Assembly: GCA_951406725.2 (NCBI GenBank)
Contig: OX597828.1
Coordinates: forward strand, 38,316,001-38,380,000
Direction: 5' to 3'
Source: Octopus vulgaris
Taxonomy: Eukaryota
Length of the DNA: 64,000 bases
Of the stretch, positions 1-13,357 are shown piece after piece. The position numbers and the translations under genes were made by a program. The notes below the pieces were generated by a model, which did not search any database, was not told the DNA's origin, and worked only from the letters and a program-made list of their open reading frames with translations. Every line of letters begins with the position of its first letter. Within the stretch, counting starts at the first letter, position 1.

Positions 1-552
1 AATTTCAGGCCTTGTGCCTATAGAAGAGAGAGTTGTTGTTTGTTGTTGTTGTTTTTGTTGTTGTTGTTGCTGTTGCTGTTGTTTACGGTTGTTGAGTTCA
101 TAGTCGGCTCCTACATGGGAATTATGATCAAAAAGATTCAGGACATGCCCATCCCATGCCACATGTATATATTGAACGACGAATAATGTATCCTGTACTA
201 CATATCTATTGTCCAGTAAATTTAAAAAAACATTTTTTTCTTCTTTGAGTGAGATTTGGCTGCTATTTTCAGCATGTTAAACGGCGACGTTTCAATTTCT
301 TACGCGGCCGTGGTTAATATTAGATTAAACGTACTATTGTCGCTGCTAAAATCATTTGTGTGTGTGTGTATGTGTGTGTGCGTGTATGTGTGTGAGTGTC
401 TGTGTGTGTGCGTGGTTATTGTTGTTGCTATTGCTGTTAAGCATTGCACACGGCTTAAACAGCGCAGGTGGGGCCCAATTAGGATTTTCTTCAGATTGAG
501 TAGCCCATCCCACTCAAAAATTTAAGAGGGAATAAATATTCTTGTTCGCAAG

Positions 553-596
<44 letters not shown>

Positions 597-1343
597 AAGA
601 GAAAAAGTCAGAGAGTCAGAGAGAGAGCGAAGTATTTATAAAATGTCCAGAATATTGAATATAAAAGGGGAGAGACAGAGCTCTGCTGTATGTAAACAAT
701 ACAAAACTCGTCATTGCCTCATTGGTTTCATTATTCCCTTTTATAAGATATTAACAAAAAAAAATCACATCAAAATCACGAACATGTTATTTGGACATTG
801 TATATCTTCCTTACGAGGATAATAAGTTATCCTCGATTTTTTTCAATAAGCAGTTTTGTACAGTTTACATATAACAGACCGCTCTAGCCCCACGTCATTG
901 TAATGCATCTATTACGTGATTTCTTATTTTGAGGTGGAATTCAATGGGTTATAAAAGTGTTTCCCATTTGGGTTTTCCTACATAGTTCCTCTCCTACATC
1001 ATGTGGTGCATTCTAACTGTTCTGAGACTATGAGGAATTGGCAAGAGAATCTTCAAATTAGTACCTTTTACTTTTACTTGTTTCAGTCATTAGACTGCGG
1101 CCATGCTGCGAGTACTGCCTTGTTGGATTTCAAACGAGCGAGTCGACCCCAGGACTAACTTTTTTCGGGAAAGCCTCGTAATTTTTCTATCGGTCTCTTT
1201 TGGGCAAAAGCGATAATGGTAATCCTAAATTCCAGAAACTTTCGTTCTCTTGCTTAGTCGGTCGTTCAGTTGACCGTTTCTGTTGTGTTAAATACTTAGC
1301 CGATAGATGAGTTCTTTGAATAATCTTTATGGGACCGTACTTA

Positions 1344-1720
1344 CACTTGCGTCAGAAATTAATTAGCACTTCTCAAATTTCTACATTAAATAGGTTAAAT
1401 CAATTAACCTATGAGCTGTTCAAAACGTCTTACGCGATGAGAAAACTTAGTATGGTGTGATTTCGGTCCTTGCGTGGCGCTACCTATATCTATTAAACAA
1501 AGGAAGATTTGTCTGCATCCGCACTCCAAGTTGTTGCACTGCTATGTCAACATCATAAGGCTGTAGACTCTCAAACTGCTCTGCAAACAAAGTTACGTCA
1601 TCATTCTGCGCAACAGTGAACTCGCAACAAAGCAATAGTTCGAGATATGGCCACTAGGTGACAGCACATACCTTGAGTGAAGAGCAAATCAAGGGTGCTA
1701 ATTAATTTCTGACAGTAGTG
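1344..1720. mobile_element. Tc1/mariner-type MITE
   Basis: Terminal inverted repeats cacttgcgtcagaaattaattagcac / gtgctaattaatttctgacagtagtg, flanked by TA on both sides. Confidence 0.8.
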
Positions 1721-1983
1721 TATATCTAGGGGACTGTACTCATGTCTAGGGAATTGTAATAGCGTTTTGCAGGACTGTAATAATCCTTTCTACTGAAGGC
1801 ACAAGGCCTTGAAGTTTTGTGGGTGGGGATTAATCGATTGCATCGACCCCAGTGTTTCACTGGTACTTAATTCATCGGCCCCGAAAGGATGAAAGGCAAA
1901 GTCGACCTCGGTGGTATGTGAACTCAGAACGTAGCAGTAGACAAAATACCGCTAAGCATTTCGCCCGTAATAATATCTAAAGG

Positions 1984-2110
1984 GCCGAGGTCGACTTTAC
2001 CTGTCACCCTTTCGGAGTCGATAAATTAAGTACCAGTTGCGTACTGGGGTCGATCTAATCGACTAGCCCCCTCTCCAAAAATATCGGGCTTTGTGATTAG
2101 AGTAGAAAAG
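1984..2110 (+). mobile_element. 5'-truncated family-1 SINE with 15-bp target-site duplication
   Basis: aataatatctaaagg at 1969-1983 and 2111-2125 flanks the SINE core and tail. An opposite-strand copy lies at about 1783-1968. Confidence 0.85.
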
Positions 2111-2129
2111 AATAATATCTAAAGGATCG

Positions 2130-2612
2130 TAATAATGTCTGTCTTGGGTACTGTAATAAAGTCTAGGGGCTGTAAAAATGTCTAGGGTACTTTAATAATG
2201 TATAGGGTACTGTAATAATGTCTAAAGTAGTATAATAATACCTTCGTGACTGTAATAATGTTTAGGCTATTGTAATAATATCCAGGGGTCTGTAATAATG
2301 TGTAGGGTATTCTAATAATATCTTGGTTATTGCAATAATGTCTCGGGTATTGTAATAATGTCTAGGGTACTCAAGTAATGTCTAGGGTATTGTAATAATG
2401 TCTAGGGTACGCTAACAATGTCTAGGGTACTCTAAAAGTGTCTAGGTTATTGTAATAATGCCTAGGGTACTCTAATAATATATAGGGTACTCTAATAATG
2501 TCTAAGGTATTGTAATAATGTCTAGGGTACTCTAATAATGTCTATGTCATTGTAATAATGTCTAGGGTATTATAATAATGTCTAGGGTACTCTGATAATG
2601 GTTAGGGTACCT
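2130..2612. repeat. 20-bp minisatellite (consensus tgtaataatgtctagggtac/t)
   Basis: More than 20 degenerate tandem units; related units also at about 1725-1785. Confidence 0.9.
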
Positions 2613-3115
2613 TATTTTGTAGCTTACTGAGTTAATTCTGTCGACATTGGAGGTCCAGCATGATCGGACATAATCCATAATGCATCTATTGTACTGAATA
2701 AATGTAGAAACTTTTACGAGGCAGTGTGTGTGTGCATGTGTGTGTGCGCGTGTGTGTGTAGGGTTGACTTACTCAAAATTAAGAGATATAAATTGACACT
2801 TCTTTTAATAGAATATCATTTTCATTTTTATATACTGTGTGCAGTGGGGCATGCACATATCAAAACATTATGACTAATACTTTTTTTTTACCGTAAATCC
2901 TTACGCAATATAAGATGTTCCGTCACTCCTGAAAAACCATTCGTTCCTTTTGCACGTCACTTTACTTTTCTCTGAATATATTTTTGTCTTCTCTGGTGAG
3001 TACAATAATTTTTTTCACTCTTATCCGTATCGCAGCAGATATCTTCGACGGTTTATCTTAACCAATAATACACACACACATACAAACACACACACACACA
3101 CATACATATACATAA

Positions 3116-3181
<66 letters not shown>

Positions 3182-3344
3182 ATATGTATATGCATATGTA
3201 TACATATACATATATATATGTATATATATATGTGTATATTTATAAATATATATATATATATACACTTATGTATAGATGTATATATATATGTATATGTATA
3301 CATATATATATATACTTATGTATCAATGTATATATATATATATG

Positions 3345-3397
<53 letters not shown>

Positions 3398-3442
3398 GTA
3401 TATGTATATATACATACATACATACATACATACATACATACA

Positions 3443-3474
<32 letters not shown>

Positions 3475-4004
3475 CATATATATATTATTTTAAAGCAAGA
3501 ATGCTGTTAACTGTGACTTCGAAGTTTCGGACAGGTAACCCGAGTTCGAATATCATATATTACGTCACTCCTGAAAATTCATTCCGACGAATGTTTATCT
3601 GGCCAGTCCTTCGAAATCACTGTCTACGACATTCTTGTTTAAGAATGATAAACTTGTACTTTACGAAAGTACAGAATAAACCATCAGACTATTTTTATTA
3701 TAAAACTATTTTTATTATAAATTATTTTTTATTACAAATGATCTTTAAAATCAAAGATTAACATACGTATACAGGATGGTGCAAAAGTATGTATACAGTT
3801 ATGGAAACAGAAAATACGTACAATATTCATTTATTATTATTTAAAAATGAAAAATTAGGATAAAAGTGATAAATGTATTAACATTAATGACATTGAAAAT
3901 ATCAAAAAGGAGGCTAATTAATTTAATGTTCTAATAATTTTAATGAATTAAGTATTATTTTATATGAATGTGATAGCTTAATTAATATCACGGTGCCTAT
4001 CCAC

Positions 4005-4375
4005 TTATTACCTCCGCCTTAGTGAAGGTGGAGGTATTGTTTTCAGTCGCGTTTGTTTGTTTGTCCGTGGACAAGATATCTCAAGAACCGCGGGATGTAT
4101 TTGGATGAAACTTTCAGGGATGTTTGGCCTCATGACTGGCACGAACTGATTAGATTTGGGGATCGGTCCGGTACCGGGCAAGGATTCGGGATTATTTTTC
4201 TTGTTTTTTAACTTAATTTTTTGAGAGCGGCGGGTTCATTTTTTTAGTATTCTTGCTTGTGAGATCAGTCAAGTTTATTTCAGATATTCTCATTTTAAAA
4301 ATCATCACTGGTTCATCGTTGAGAGGACGTTGGTGTTTCCTTGGCAGAGGTTTACACTCCCTGAGTGCTCTTGTT
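4005..4375 (+). mobile_element. Helentron-associated non-autonomous element (HINE/DINE-1-like)
   Basis: 5' ttattacctccgcc..ggtggaggt hairpin followed by (gttt)n. 3' sub-terminal inverted ggcagaggt plus cactc-cct-gagtg hairpin, ending in a T-run. Confidence 0.7.
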
Positions 4376-4544
4376 TTTTTATCGTGTTTTTTTTTTTGTG
4401 GTGGTTTTGTCAACTAGAACCAACAGCTACAGATATCCCACTAATACTTTATATGTGAAGAGATTTCATTTGTTCATATTTTTATTTTTATTAATATACA
4501 TATGTAATTTTTCATACTTATTTTTACTAAGCACAACTGCATTA

Positions 4545-4845
4545 CGAAGGGGATTCCAGTTGATCCGATCAACGGAACAGCCTGCTCGTGAAATTAACAT
4601 GCAAGTGGCTGAGCACTCCACAGACACGTGTACCCTTAACGTAGTTCTCAGCAAGATTCAGTGTGACACAGAATGTGACAAGGCTGGCCCTCTGAAATAC
4701 AGGTCCTACTCATTTTCGCCAGCTGAGTGGACTGGAGAAACGTGAAATAATCTCTTGTTCCAGGACACAACGCGTCGCTTAGAATTGAACTCACAACCTT
4801 GCGATCGTGAGCTGAATACCCACGACCACTAAGCCTCGCACTTTC
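4545..4845 (-). mobile_element. Family-3 tRNA-derived SINE (OR1/OR2-like), head variant B
   Basis: Minus strand gives a tRNA-like head (ggcttagtgg...gagttcaattc) plus the shared tail gttccagttgatccgatcaacggaacagcctgctcgtgaaattaac. Also at 47037-47356. Confidence 0.8.
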
Positions 4846-4885
4846 AAACAACTGCATTAAATAGCATTAATATATAGATGCTATT

Positions 4886-5470
4886 AGGCGGCGAGCTGGC
4901 CGAAGCGTTAGCACGCTGGGCGAAATACTTAGCGGTATTCCGTCTGCTGTTAGGTTCTGAGTTCGAATTCCACCGAGGTCGACTTTGCCTTTCATCCTTT
5001 CGGGGTCGATAAATTAAGTACCAGTTACGCACTGGGGTCGATGTAATCGACTTAATACCTATGTCTGTCCTTGTTTGTCCCCTCTGTGTTTAGCCCCTTG
5101 TGGGTAATAAAGAAATAGAAATAGGTATTTCGTCTGCCGTTAGGTTCTGAGTTCGAATTCTGTCGAGGTCGACTTTGCCTTTCATTCTTTCGGGGTCGAT
5201 TAAATAAGTACCAGTTACGCCCTGGAGTCGATATAATCAACTTAATCCGTTTGTCCTTGTTTGTCCTCTCTGTGTTTAGCCCCTTGTGGGTAGTAAATAA
5301 ATAGGTATTTCGTCTGTCTTTACGTTCTAAGTTCCAATTCCGCCGAGGTCGACTTTGCCTGTCATCCTTCCAGGGGTCGATAAATTAAATACCAGTTGCA
5401 CACTGGGGTCGATCTAATCGACTGGCTCCCTCCCCCAAAGTTTCGGGCCTTGTGCCCTAGAGTAGAAAAG
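4886..5470 (+). mobile_element. Family-1 tRNA-derived SINE (Meta-domain-like core), internally trimerised
   Basis: Head ggcggcgagctggc...gagttcgaattc, core gcctttcatcctttcggggtcgataaa..gtaccag three times; 16-bp TSD aatatatagatgctat (4869-4884 / 5471-5486). Other copies at about 5701-6142, 10352-10490, 13975-14140, 14250-14645, 26111-26277, 29685-29868, 39400-39632(-), 41540-41752(-), 50185-50408(-), 50595-50792(-), 63955-64000. Confidence 0.9.
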
Positions 5471-6726
5471 AATATATAGATGCTATATTTACAAAATTAT
5501 TATCGGTTCAAAAGTACTTGAGCCATATTCGAACTGTGTTTTGTCATGGAGAAAAATTCTCGCTGTAGACAAATAGTAGAAACTGAATATTCCACAAGTA
5601 TGTTCGACCTAGTAATAAATTTGTATTTATGCACATCACTAATTAGATGCTATAATATTTCTGTTAACAATACATAATCTTAATAATTAAAAGCAAATTA
5701 AGGCACCGAGCTGGCAGAATCGTTAGCATGCCGGGCGAAATGCTCAGCGGTATTTCGTCTGCCTTTACGTTCTGAGTTCAAATTCCGCCGAGGTCGACTT
5801 TGCCTTTCATCCTTTCGGGGTCGATCAAATAAGTACCAGTTACGCACTGGGGTCGATATAATCGACTTAATCCGTTTTTGTCTGTCCTTGTTTGTCCTCT
5901 CTGTGTTTAGCCCCTTGTGGGTAGTAAAGAAATAGGTATTTCGCCTGCCGTTACGTTCTGAGTTCAAGTTCCGCCGAGGTCGACTTTGCTCTTCAACCTT
6001 TAGGGGTCGATTAAATAAGTACCAGTTACGCACTGGGGTCGATATAATCGACTTAATCCGTTTTTGTCTGTCCTTGTTTGTCCTCTCTGTGTTTAGCCCT
6101 TTGTGGGTTGTAAAGAAATAGGTATTTCGTCTGTCTTTACGAGAACATTGTTTTCGTTTCGGGCGGGGTGAGGCTCCAGTGACAGTGGAGATGGATAGAT
6201 AGAAATACAGGTCGGTCGGTAGGTTGATATATATATATAGTGTTATGCGTCTATTAGTTTGCTTATGCGTGTATAATTATAGATACGTATGAGTGTATGC
6301 TGATATATGCTTGTTTGTCTGTTTATTCTTTATTGGTTTCAGCCAGAATCTTCGGTCATTCTGGAGCACGTTCATTAAAATTATTAGTTTAGCAGAGCGT
6401 AATGTTTATGATTAATGAAAATTACCATATCAAGCCAAGTTTGTCAAGTAATTAATTAATGCTGGAAAGATTTACATAAATACAGAAAAGTGAACGGACA
6501 AATGACCACCACAACCACCACCACCAGCAACTACGACAACGAGACAAAAAGTAACAAGCAGCACGAGAGGTGTTAGTAATAGTAGTGGTAAGCTTACTCC
6601 CTAACCTCATGGTTCCGGGTTTAACCTCACTTCGTGGAACCTTAGCTAAGTGTTTTCTACTGTAGCCTGGGGATGACCAAAGCGTCGTGAGTGAATTTAA
6701 TAGACAGAAACTGAAATAAGCACGAC

Positions 6727-6773
<47 letters not shown>

Positions 6774-6961
6774 TGTATGCATGTATGTATGCATGCATAC
6801 ATAAAGAAGGAGAGACAGACAGACACTCCAAAACCTTTACCGAGGACCATACCTGCGGGACAAAGTGTGGTTATGAGAGGAAGTGAAGAGAGCGGATATG
6901 GATGTAATGATGCAACTAAGCAAATAAAACTGCTTAGGTTAGACATACATTATATATATAT

Positions 6962-7441
<480 letters not shown>

Positions 7442-7867
7442 ATATATATATATATACATATATAAATGAGTAACAGAGATGTACATGTTTCAATTCATTA
7501 CGGCCGTTTCAAGTGACTCCTTTAATTGATTAATGACAACACTTCATCATTTGACAGAAACCCTTCTCGTTACATGACCGCAGAGACTTCAAACATAAAG
7601 AATACCTTGTTAAGTCTACTATAATTTGGAGAGTAACAGAGGAAATAGTGTTGGTCAGAATATAAAGGGTGGTGATCTTGTTACTGTATATTTAGAAGAT
7701 TTTATGTAAAATGTAGTCTTCACCCATTTAGAATCAAATCCATTGGTCAACTGTATTATAGTTAATGGTGATAAATCAATTAATATCAGACAGTCTACTG
7801 GACTCTCAATGTACTGGAAGTCTTGTAGATTGTCTGACATCTAAAGGATGAAGGGACACTATACTAA

Positions 7868-8041
7868 GTTAAATGGTGGCTCATAGAACAACCGGGACCC
7901 TATATAAACGAGACCAGAAGATGCACACTTTGCATAGCAGAGCGGGCAAGGATCCTTAAAGATCCAGTTGACTCGAGGACTCTCTTAAACTCAAGACACG
8001 AGATTGATAGCCCCTGCCCGCATTTTAAACATTACATGCTG
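7868..8041 (+). pseudogene. Penelope-like element GIY-YIG C-terminal relic
   Basis: Manual translation VKWWLIEQPGPYINETRRCTLCIAERARILKDPVDSRTLLNSRHEIDSPCPHFKHYML fits the PLE W.I.....PY.....C.LC..E......LN.R.E....C.H pattern. Confidence 0.75.
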
Positions 8042-8367
8042 CAGGCGAGGGATTATGACTGTAAAAATATTAGTGGACCTGAATAACCTAGGGACGGAGA
8101 TTCCCCGTTCGTCCTTTAGGTTCATAAGATTTGCTGGCTGGACAAGTCTAAGTGCGATAGCATGTCCCGTTTGAGGCTCAGAAAGTATATCATATTCCTT
8201 TAGTTACAAATTAACTGACCTCCACTTTGAAGAGAGGTTACATGCCCGTGACTACTGGAGTCTGACGAGTCATCAACAAAGCTAGGCAATTTATGGATAT
8301 AAAACTTTTAGACTGTGCTTCTTTCTCGGATGTATGATTCACTGCCCATATATATATGTATGTATAC

Positions 8368-8437
<70 letters not shown>

Positions 8438-9092
8438 ATATATATATGAGAGTAATAACCAGGTGTAGAACTCTATATTCATATGCTTCAGAATGAAAGG
8501 TTAGCCGAGTATAGAGTGGTAATAAGATAGAGAGGTGACAAAGGAATAAATTATTTTCTTTTGAACTTCATTAGCTTACGCAGCTATAAGCTTATAAAGT
8601 TTATTTTATAACAATTTATTACCAAATGCACTGTCATATCATTGGTCGGCCCGGGGCTATAGTTGAAAATACCTCCCCCAGATGCCACGCAGTGGTACTG
8701 AACCTGAAATCGTGTGATTAGGAAGCAATTTTCTTACACTTCGAGCACGTCTGCATCAATTCGCGAAATAAATAAGGAAATATTCATATATTTGTTTCTC
8801 TCGCCACTGAGGTCGACACAAATATCATTATGCTTTTCTTGTTAAGAGACGTGCATCCCCACACGCATGCGCCTGTTCACTAGCGCATGAGATGTATGTG
8901 TGTATGTGTGTGTGTGAATGTGTGTGTATGTGTGTGTATGTTTATTTCTTTGTGTTTGCAGGCGAGTTTAAGCGCGCGTGTAAAGTTTATTTGCCGACGA
9001 GTCAAAACTAGTTACTCCTTTGAAACTAACGAGTCGGAATGAATTTCAATTGTTTTTTTTTCTCTTTTCTTTTCTTATATATGCCACCGTTG

Positions 9093-9153
<61 letters not shown>

Positions 9154-9210
9154 TATTATTATTATTATTATTATTACTATTATTATTATTATTATTAATA
9201 TTATTATTAC

Positions 9211-9244
<34 letters not shown>

Positions 9245-9318
9245 GCTTTTACTAACACTATTGTTGTTGCTATTGTAGTAGATATTGCTGTCCTTATTGT
9301 AGCATTTCTAATCATTTG

Positions 9319-9397
<79 letters not shown>

Positions 9398-9636
9398 GTA
9401 TATATATATATATATAGCAAATGACTTCTTTTGTTCACTTTTATTGTTGAAGATAATTCCTTCTGAGGTTTTCTTTCCTCATTGTAAAGATACACAGGCA
9501 TATAGCCATACATATATGCAAGAACATACGTAAGCATTCTTTTACTCTCTTTCTCTTTTTCTTGCACTCGCATACAAACATACACACACACACAGATACA
9601 CACACGTACGCATAGATACATATATACGTACATACA

Positions 9637-9668
<32 letters not shown>

Positions 9669-10581
9669 CATACATACATACATACATACATACATACATG
9701 TAACACACTGCTTAGATACCAATCTTGAGAAATTAAGCTTCTCAAAACCAGAAAGGTAAAAGCTAATTCGAAGACTGCAGATCCAATCCATCACTGGAAC
9801 TGTAAAAATCTGTAAAATTTTCCAGAAGTTTGTCATTTAAATATATGAGAGCATGTCTAGATATGTAACTATATGCATGAGAATACATACACAAAATAAG
9901 CATACAAATCCGCACATATACATGCATACATACATGCGTGCATACATACATACATACATACATACATACATACATACATACATACATACATACATACATA
10001 CATACATAGAAACAAATACTACAACCACCATACACCAGTGGAAGTAAAGTATGTCCTGTTATTGACTAGTGTTACCTATTTACTAATATTTAACCCATTT
10101 GTGGCGAATTTTTTCTGGTGCATGAAATCACCTGAAAATTCATAGATTCTATTATTTTGACCTAAATAACAACCGAAAATATTTTCATTGAAATCCGTTT
10201 GATACAGACTGCATACACATTAAGTACATGTTTCATTCTTTGATACAGATCATACACAAATCACAATTTGCATCAAGTGTTTTGTTTATGCCCTTATAAA
10301 TTAAGTGTCAGTTTGAACGGACGATCGGCATGAATGGATTAATGTTGAATAAGGCGACGAGTTGGCAGAAACGTTAGCACGCCGGGCGAAATGCTTTGCG
10401 ATATTTCGTCTCCGTTACATTCTGAGTTCAAATTACGCCGAGGACGACTTTGCCTTTCATCCTTTCGGGGTCGATTAAATAAGTACCAGTATTTCGTCCA
10501 GCGTGCTAAAACCATTTCTGCCAGTTGGCCGCCCTTGGGTAGTGGCAATAATAGCAAGGGCGAAGTATAAAGGAAGATTAT

Positions 10582-11813
10582 TTACCAGATTGAGTTAAAA
10601 GTTGTTTTTTTTATTTCAAGTGATACTTGCTCGAACAAATTTCACATGAAAAGTATTTATTGATCAAAATTTACCTCCTCGTTCCTTCTTGTCTGTTGCT
10701 GTCGTGGTGCCTGAAGCTCAACCCAACGCTTATAGCATTTGGCTCATTAGAGGCAAAAAAAACACCCTGCACTCGTTTACAACCTCATCCACATTATCGA
10801 ACCTCTGTCCGTGCTGGAAATGGACAACTGCTCGGTAATGCGGTAAGCTGATGGTGCAAGGTCTGGAGTGCAGACAGAGTAAAGCAGCACTTCTGGACCC
10901 TTAAGAATCTTCAAGCTTTCACTTGATCACACTGGGTATTATCATGTTGTATAAGTGCGCGTTTTCGATTGACCAATGACGGGTAGCAAAATTTTAAGGT
11001 ATCATATACTCGCTGCATATTGAGTTAGTGTTCACTGCACGACCGTCTAAAACAAGCTCAAAGTGCGACAGCCTCCTCAAAATTCCACTTAGCACGTAAC
11101 ATGATCCTCTGTCCAAACCGCCCTATTTTGGCAACAAGTTCTGAAGCGTGACCGGAACGGAATCACTAATTGCTAAAATAGATCCATTTTTCATCCCGTT
11201 ACAATTCAACGCCAAAACCGAGCATCAAAAAGGATTAGCCAGCAGTTGGTTCCAAATGTTCACGCGTCGTTGAGTCAGGTTATATGTCAGTTCATGAGAA
11301 ATCTATCCACAAAACCGAAATTATGGATGTGTCGATTGTTTTGTGACGGACCAACTTCTGCCGACACTATGCGAGTGCTTTTGCTTGACTGCTGTTCTGC
11401 CATTTTAAGCAAACCTTCATCTTCCACAGCAGAAGGTCTCTCTCTGTCCTAGGTTTGCCTTCGAAGACCTTTTCGCTTACTTTGAAACATTTGAAACAGT
11501 TTAGTGCCCCATCATTGATTTCTTTAGCCGCTGCAGTACACTCAGTCTTTTCCTCTACAAGTAGCGTAAAATGGCTCTGGTTGCAATTTTTCCACCACTC
11601 GTTATCAAATCTGTAAAATAAAAAAAATAAACGACTAATGTTTGTATGTTATATACGAAAATATAGAACAAAGAATTCAGCAACAATTGAGTAACAAGTT
11701 GTATCAAATTAATGATATTACATGGAGATATTACATGGAGATATAACATGGAGATATAAGCTGCGAAAAATCATCGGTGAAAATCTGAAAAAATTCTTTT
11801 CTCAACCTGGTAA
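10582..11813 (-). mobile_element. Decayed mariner transposon (about 1.23 kb)
   Basis: TIRs ttaccagattgag / ctcaacctggtaa. Minus-strand remnants include KPR..RPSAVED, HELT..QRRVN, QHDN and PDLAPS; many stops and frameshifts. Confidence 0.8.
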
Positions 11814-11835
11814 GACAGGTATATATAAGATATAA

Positions 11836-12190
11836 GTGGCTGTGTAGTAAGTTCCGGGTTCAGTCCCATTGCGTGACACCTTAGGCTAATATCTTCTACC
11901 ATAGCTTCGGGCCGACCAAAGCCTTGTGAGTGAATTTGGTAAACGGAAACTGAAAGAAGCTCGTCGTATTTATACATGTGTGCGTGTTTGTGTGTCTGTA
12001 TTTATCCCCCCACCATCGCTTGACAACCGATGTTGGTGTGTTTACGTCTTTGTAACATAGCGGTTCGGCAAAAGAGACCGGTAGAATAAGTACTAGGCTT
12101 ACAAAGAATAAGTCCAAGGGTTGATTTGTTCGACTAAAGGCAGTGCTGCAGCATGGCCACAGTCAAATGACTGAAACAAATAAAAGAAGC
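11836..12190 (+). mobile_element. Family-2 tRNA-derived SINE (head, internal microsatellite, tail)
   Basis: gtggctgtgt..gttccgggttcagtccca...ggccgaccaaagccttgtgagtg...ggaaactgaaagaagc, a (TG)-rich spacer, then tail ...gaataagtcc..cagcatggccacagtcaaatgactgaaac. An inverted tail follows at about 12197-12410. Confidence 0.85.
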
Positions 12191-12566
12191 ATATATTCTT
12201 TTATTTATTTACTTGTTTCAGTCATTTGACTGCGGCCATACTGGAGCACTACCTTAAAGGGGTTTTTTAGTCGAAGAAATCGCCCCCAGGACTTATTCTG
12301 TGTAAGCCTAATACTTATCCTATCGGTGTCTGTAGCCGAACCGCTAAGTTACAGGGACATAAACACACCAACACTGGTTGTCAAGCGGTGATGAGGGAAA
12401 CAAACACAGACACACACACACACAGACACGCACGTACACGTACACACACACACACACGTTCTCCTGTACGCGCACGCACACACATACATATATATGTATA
12501 TATGTATATATATATATATATACAAGCTTCTTTCAGATAGATAGATAGAGAGAGAGAGAGAGAAAG

Positions 12567-12637
<71 letters not shown>

Positions 12638-12649
12638 AGAATTGCTGTC

Positions 12650-13357
12650 TATATCATGGTGATTGGCATCGGGTATCAAACTGCAGTCGTAATAAATGCT
12701 GCTCAATGCTCTGTGAACGACGTAAAGAGTGTCATGCGTGACATGGACCTCATGAAAGGCAAGTTCCAACAAACTGTGATAGTCTTTGGCTGTATCTTCA
12801 GTGAGGTTAACATCAGCTTTGAGCTGGGCCTTATGCTCATTTCAGAAGACTACGTGAAGCTGCTAGAGAGTGTGGTTAAACCCTGGGTGGAGAGGGTTTC
12901 TGCTGGAAGGCCGTATGTGTGGCAGCAGGGTTCAGTTCCCCAACATACCTCCAGAAAGAGTCAGAAGTGGTCGACGGAGAATGTCGACCACTTCCCCAGC
13001 ACCAATTTCTGACCCTCTAGTTCTCCAGATTGTAATATCATGGATTACCACGCATGGGTGGGGGCGCTTTTGAGAAAGACCTCCAACTGTTCTGCCCTCA
13101 ACACCAAAGTTGTACTGGTAACCAAGATCAAGGAAGTGTTCGAAGATCTTTCCAGGGACACAGCGAGGAATGCCTGTGCCAGTTTCAGGAGCTATTTTGA
13201 GGACTCGGTGGATGTTGAGGACGGCTACTTTGACAAACTGTTATCTTCCAGCTATAATCTAATTGATATTTTTGAAATACTATTATTTTTTTTATGGGGT
13301 CTTTTGCTTTCTTTTTCTTTTTTATCAACTGTCATATTTAACCGGAACAACCTGTGT
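12650..13357 (+). mobile_element. Tc1/mariner (maT/DD37D-like) transposase relic
   Basis: V.VFGCI.SE...YVKLLESVVKPWV...YVWQQGSVPQHTSRKSQKW...F*PSSSPDCNIMDYHAW; ends in TIR-like ccggaacaacctg. Has stops and frameshifts. Confidence 0.8.

Noticed and set aside
2130-2612. Regularly spaced repeats resembling a CRISPR array (also 28255-28840 and 42150-42575)
   Set aside because: Head-to-tail degenerate units with no unique spacers, no cas genes, and a eukaryotic context.
2950-3761. Long YI/HT/CV-repeat ORFs (and similar ones at 9020-10047, 25416-25988, 32128-33454, 42839-43510, 57434-57921, 60630-61050)
   Set aside because: Translations of (TA)n, (CA)n, (TACA)n and (ATT)n microsatellites; not genes.
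4886-4975. tRNA-like sequences with A/B boxes
   Set aside because: They are heads of multi-copy SINEs, continuous with core and tail; no complete cloverleaf.
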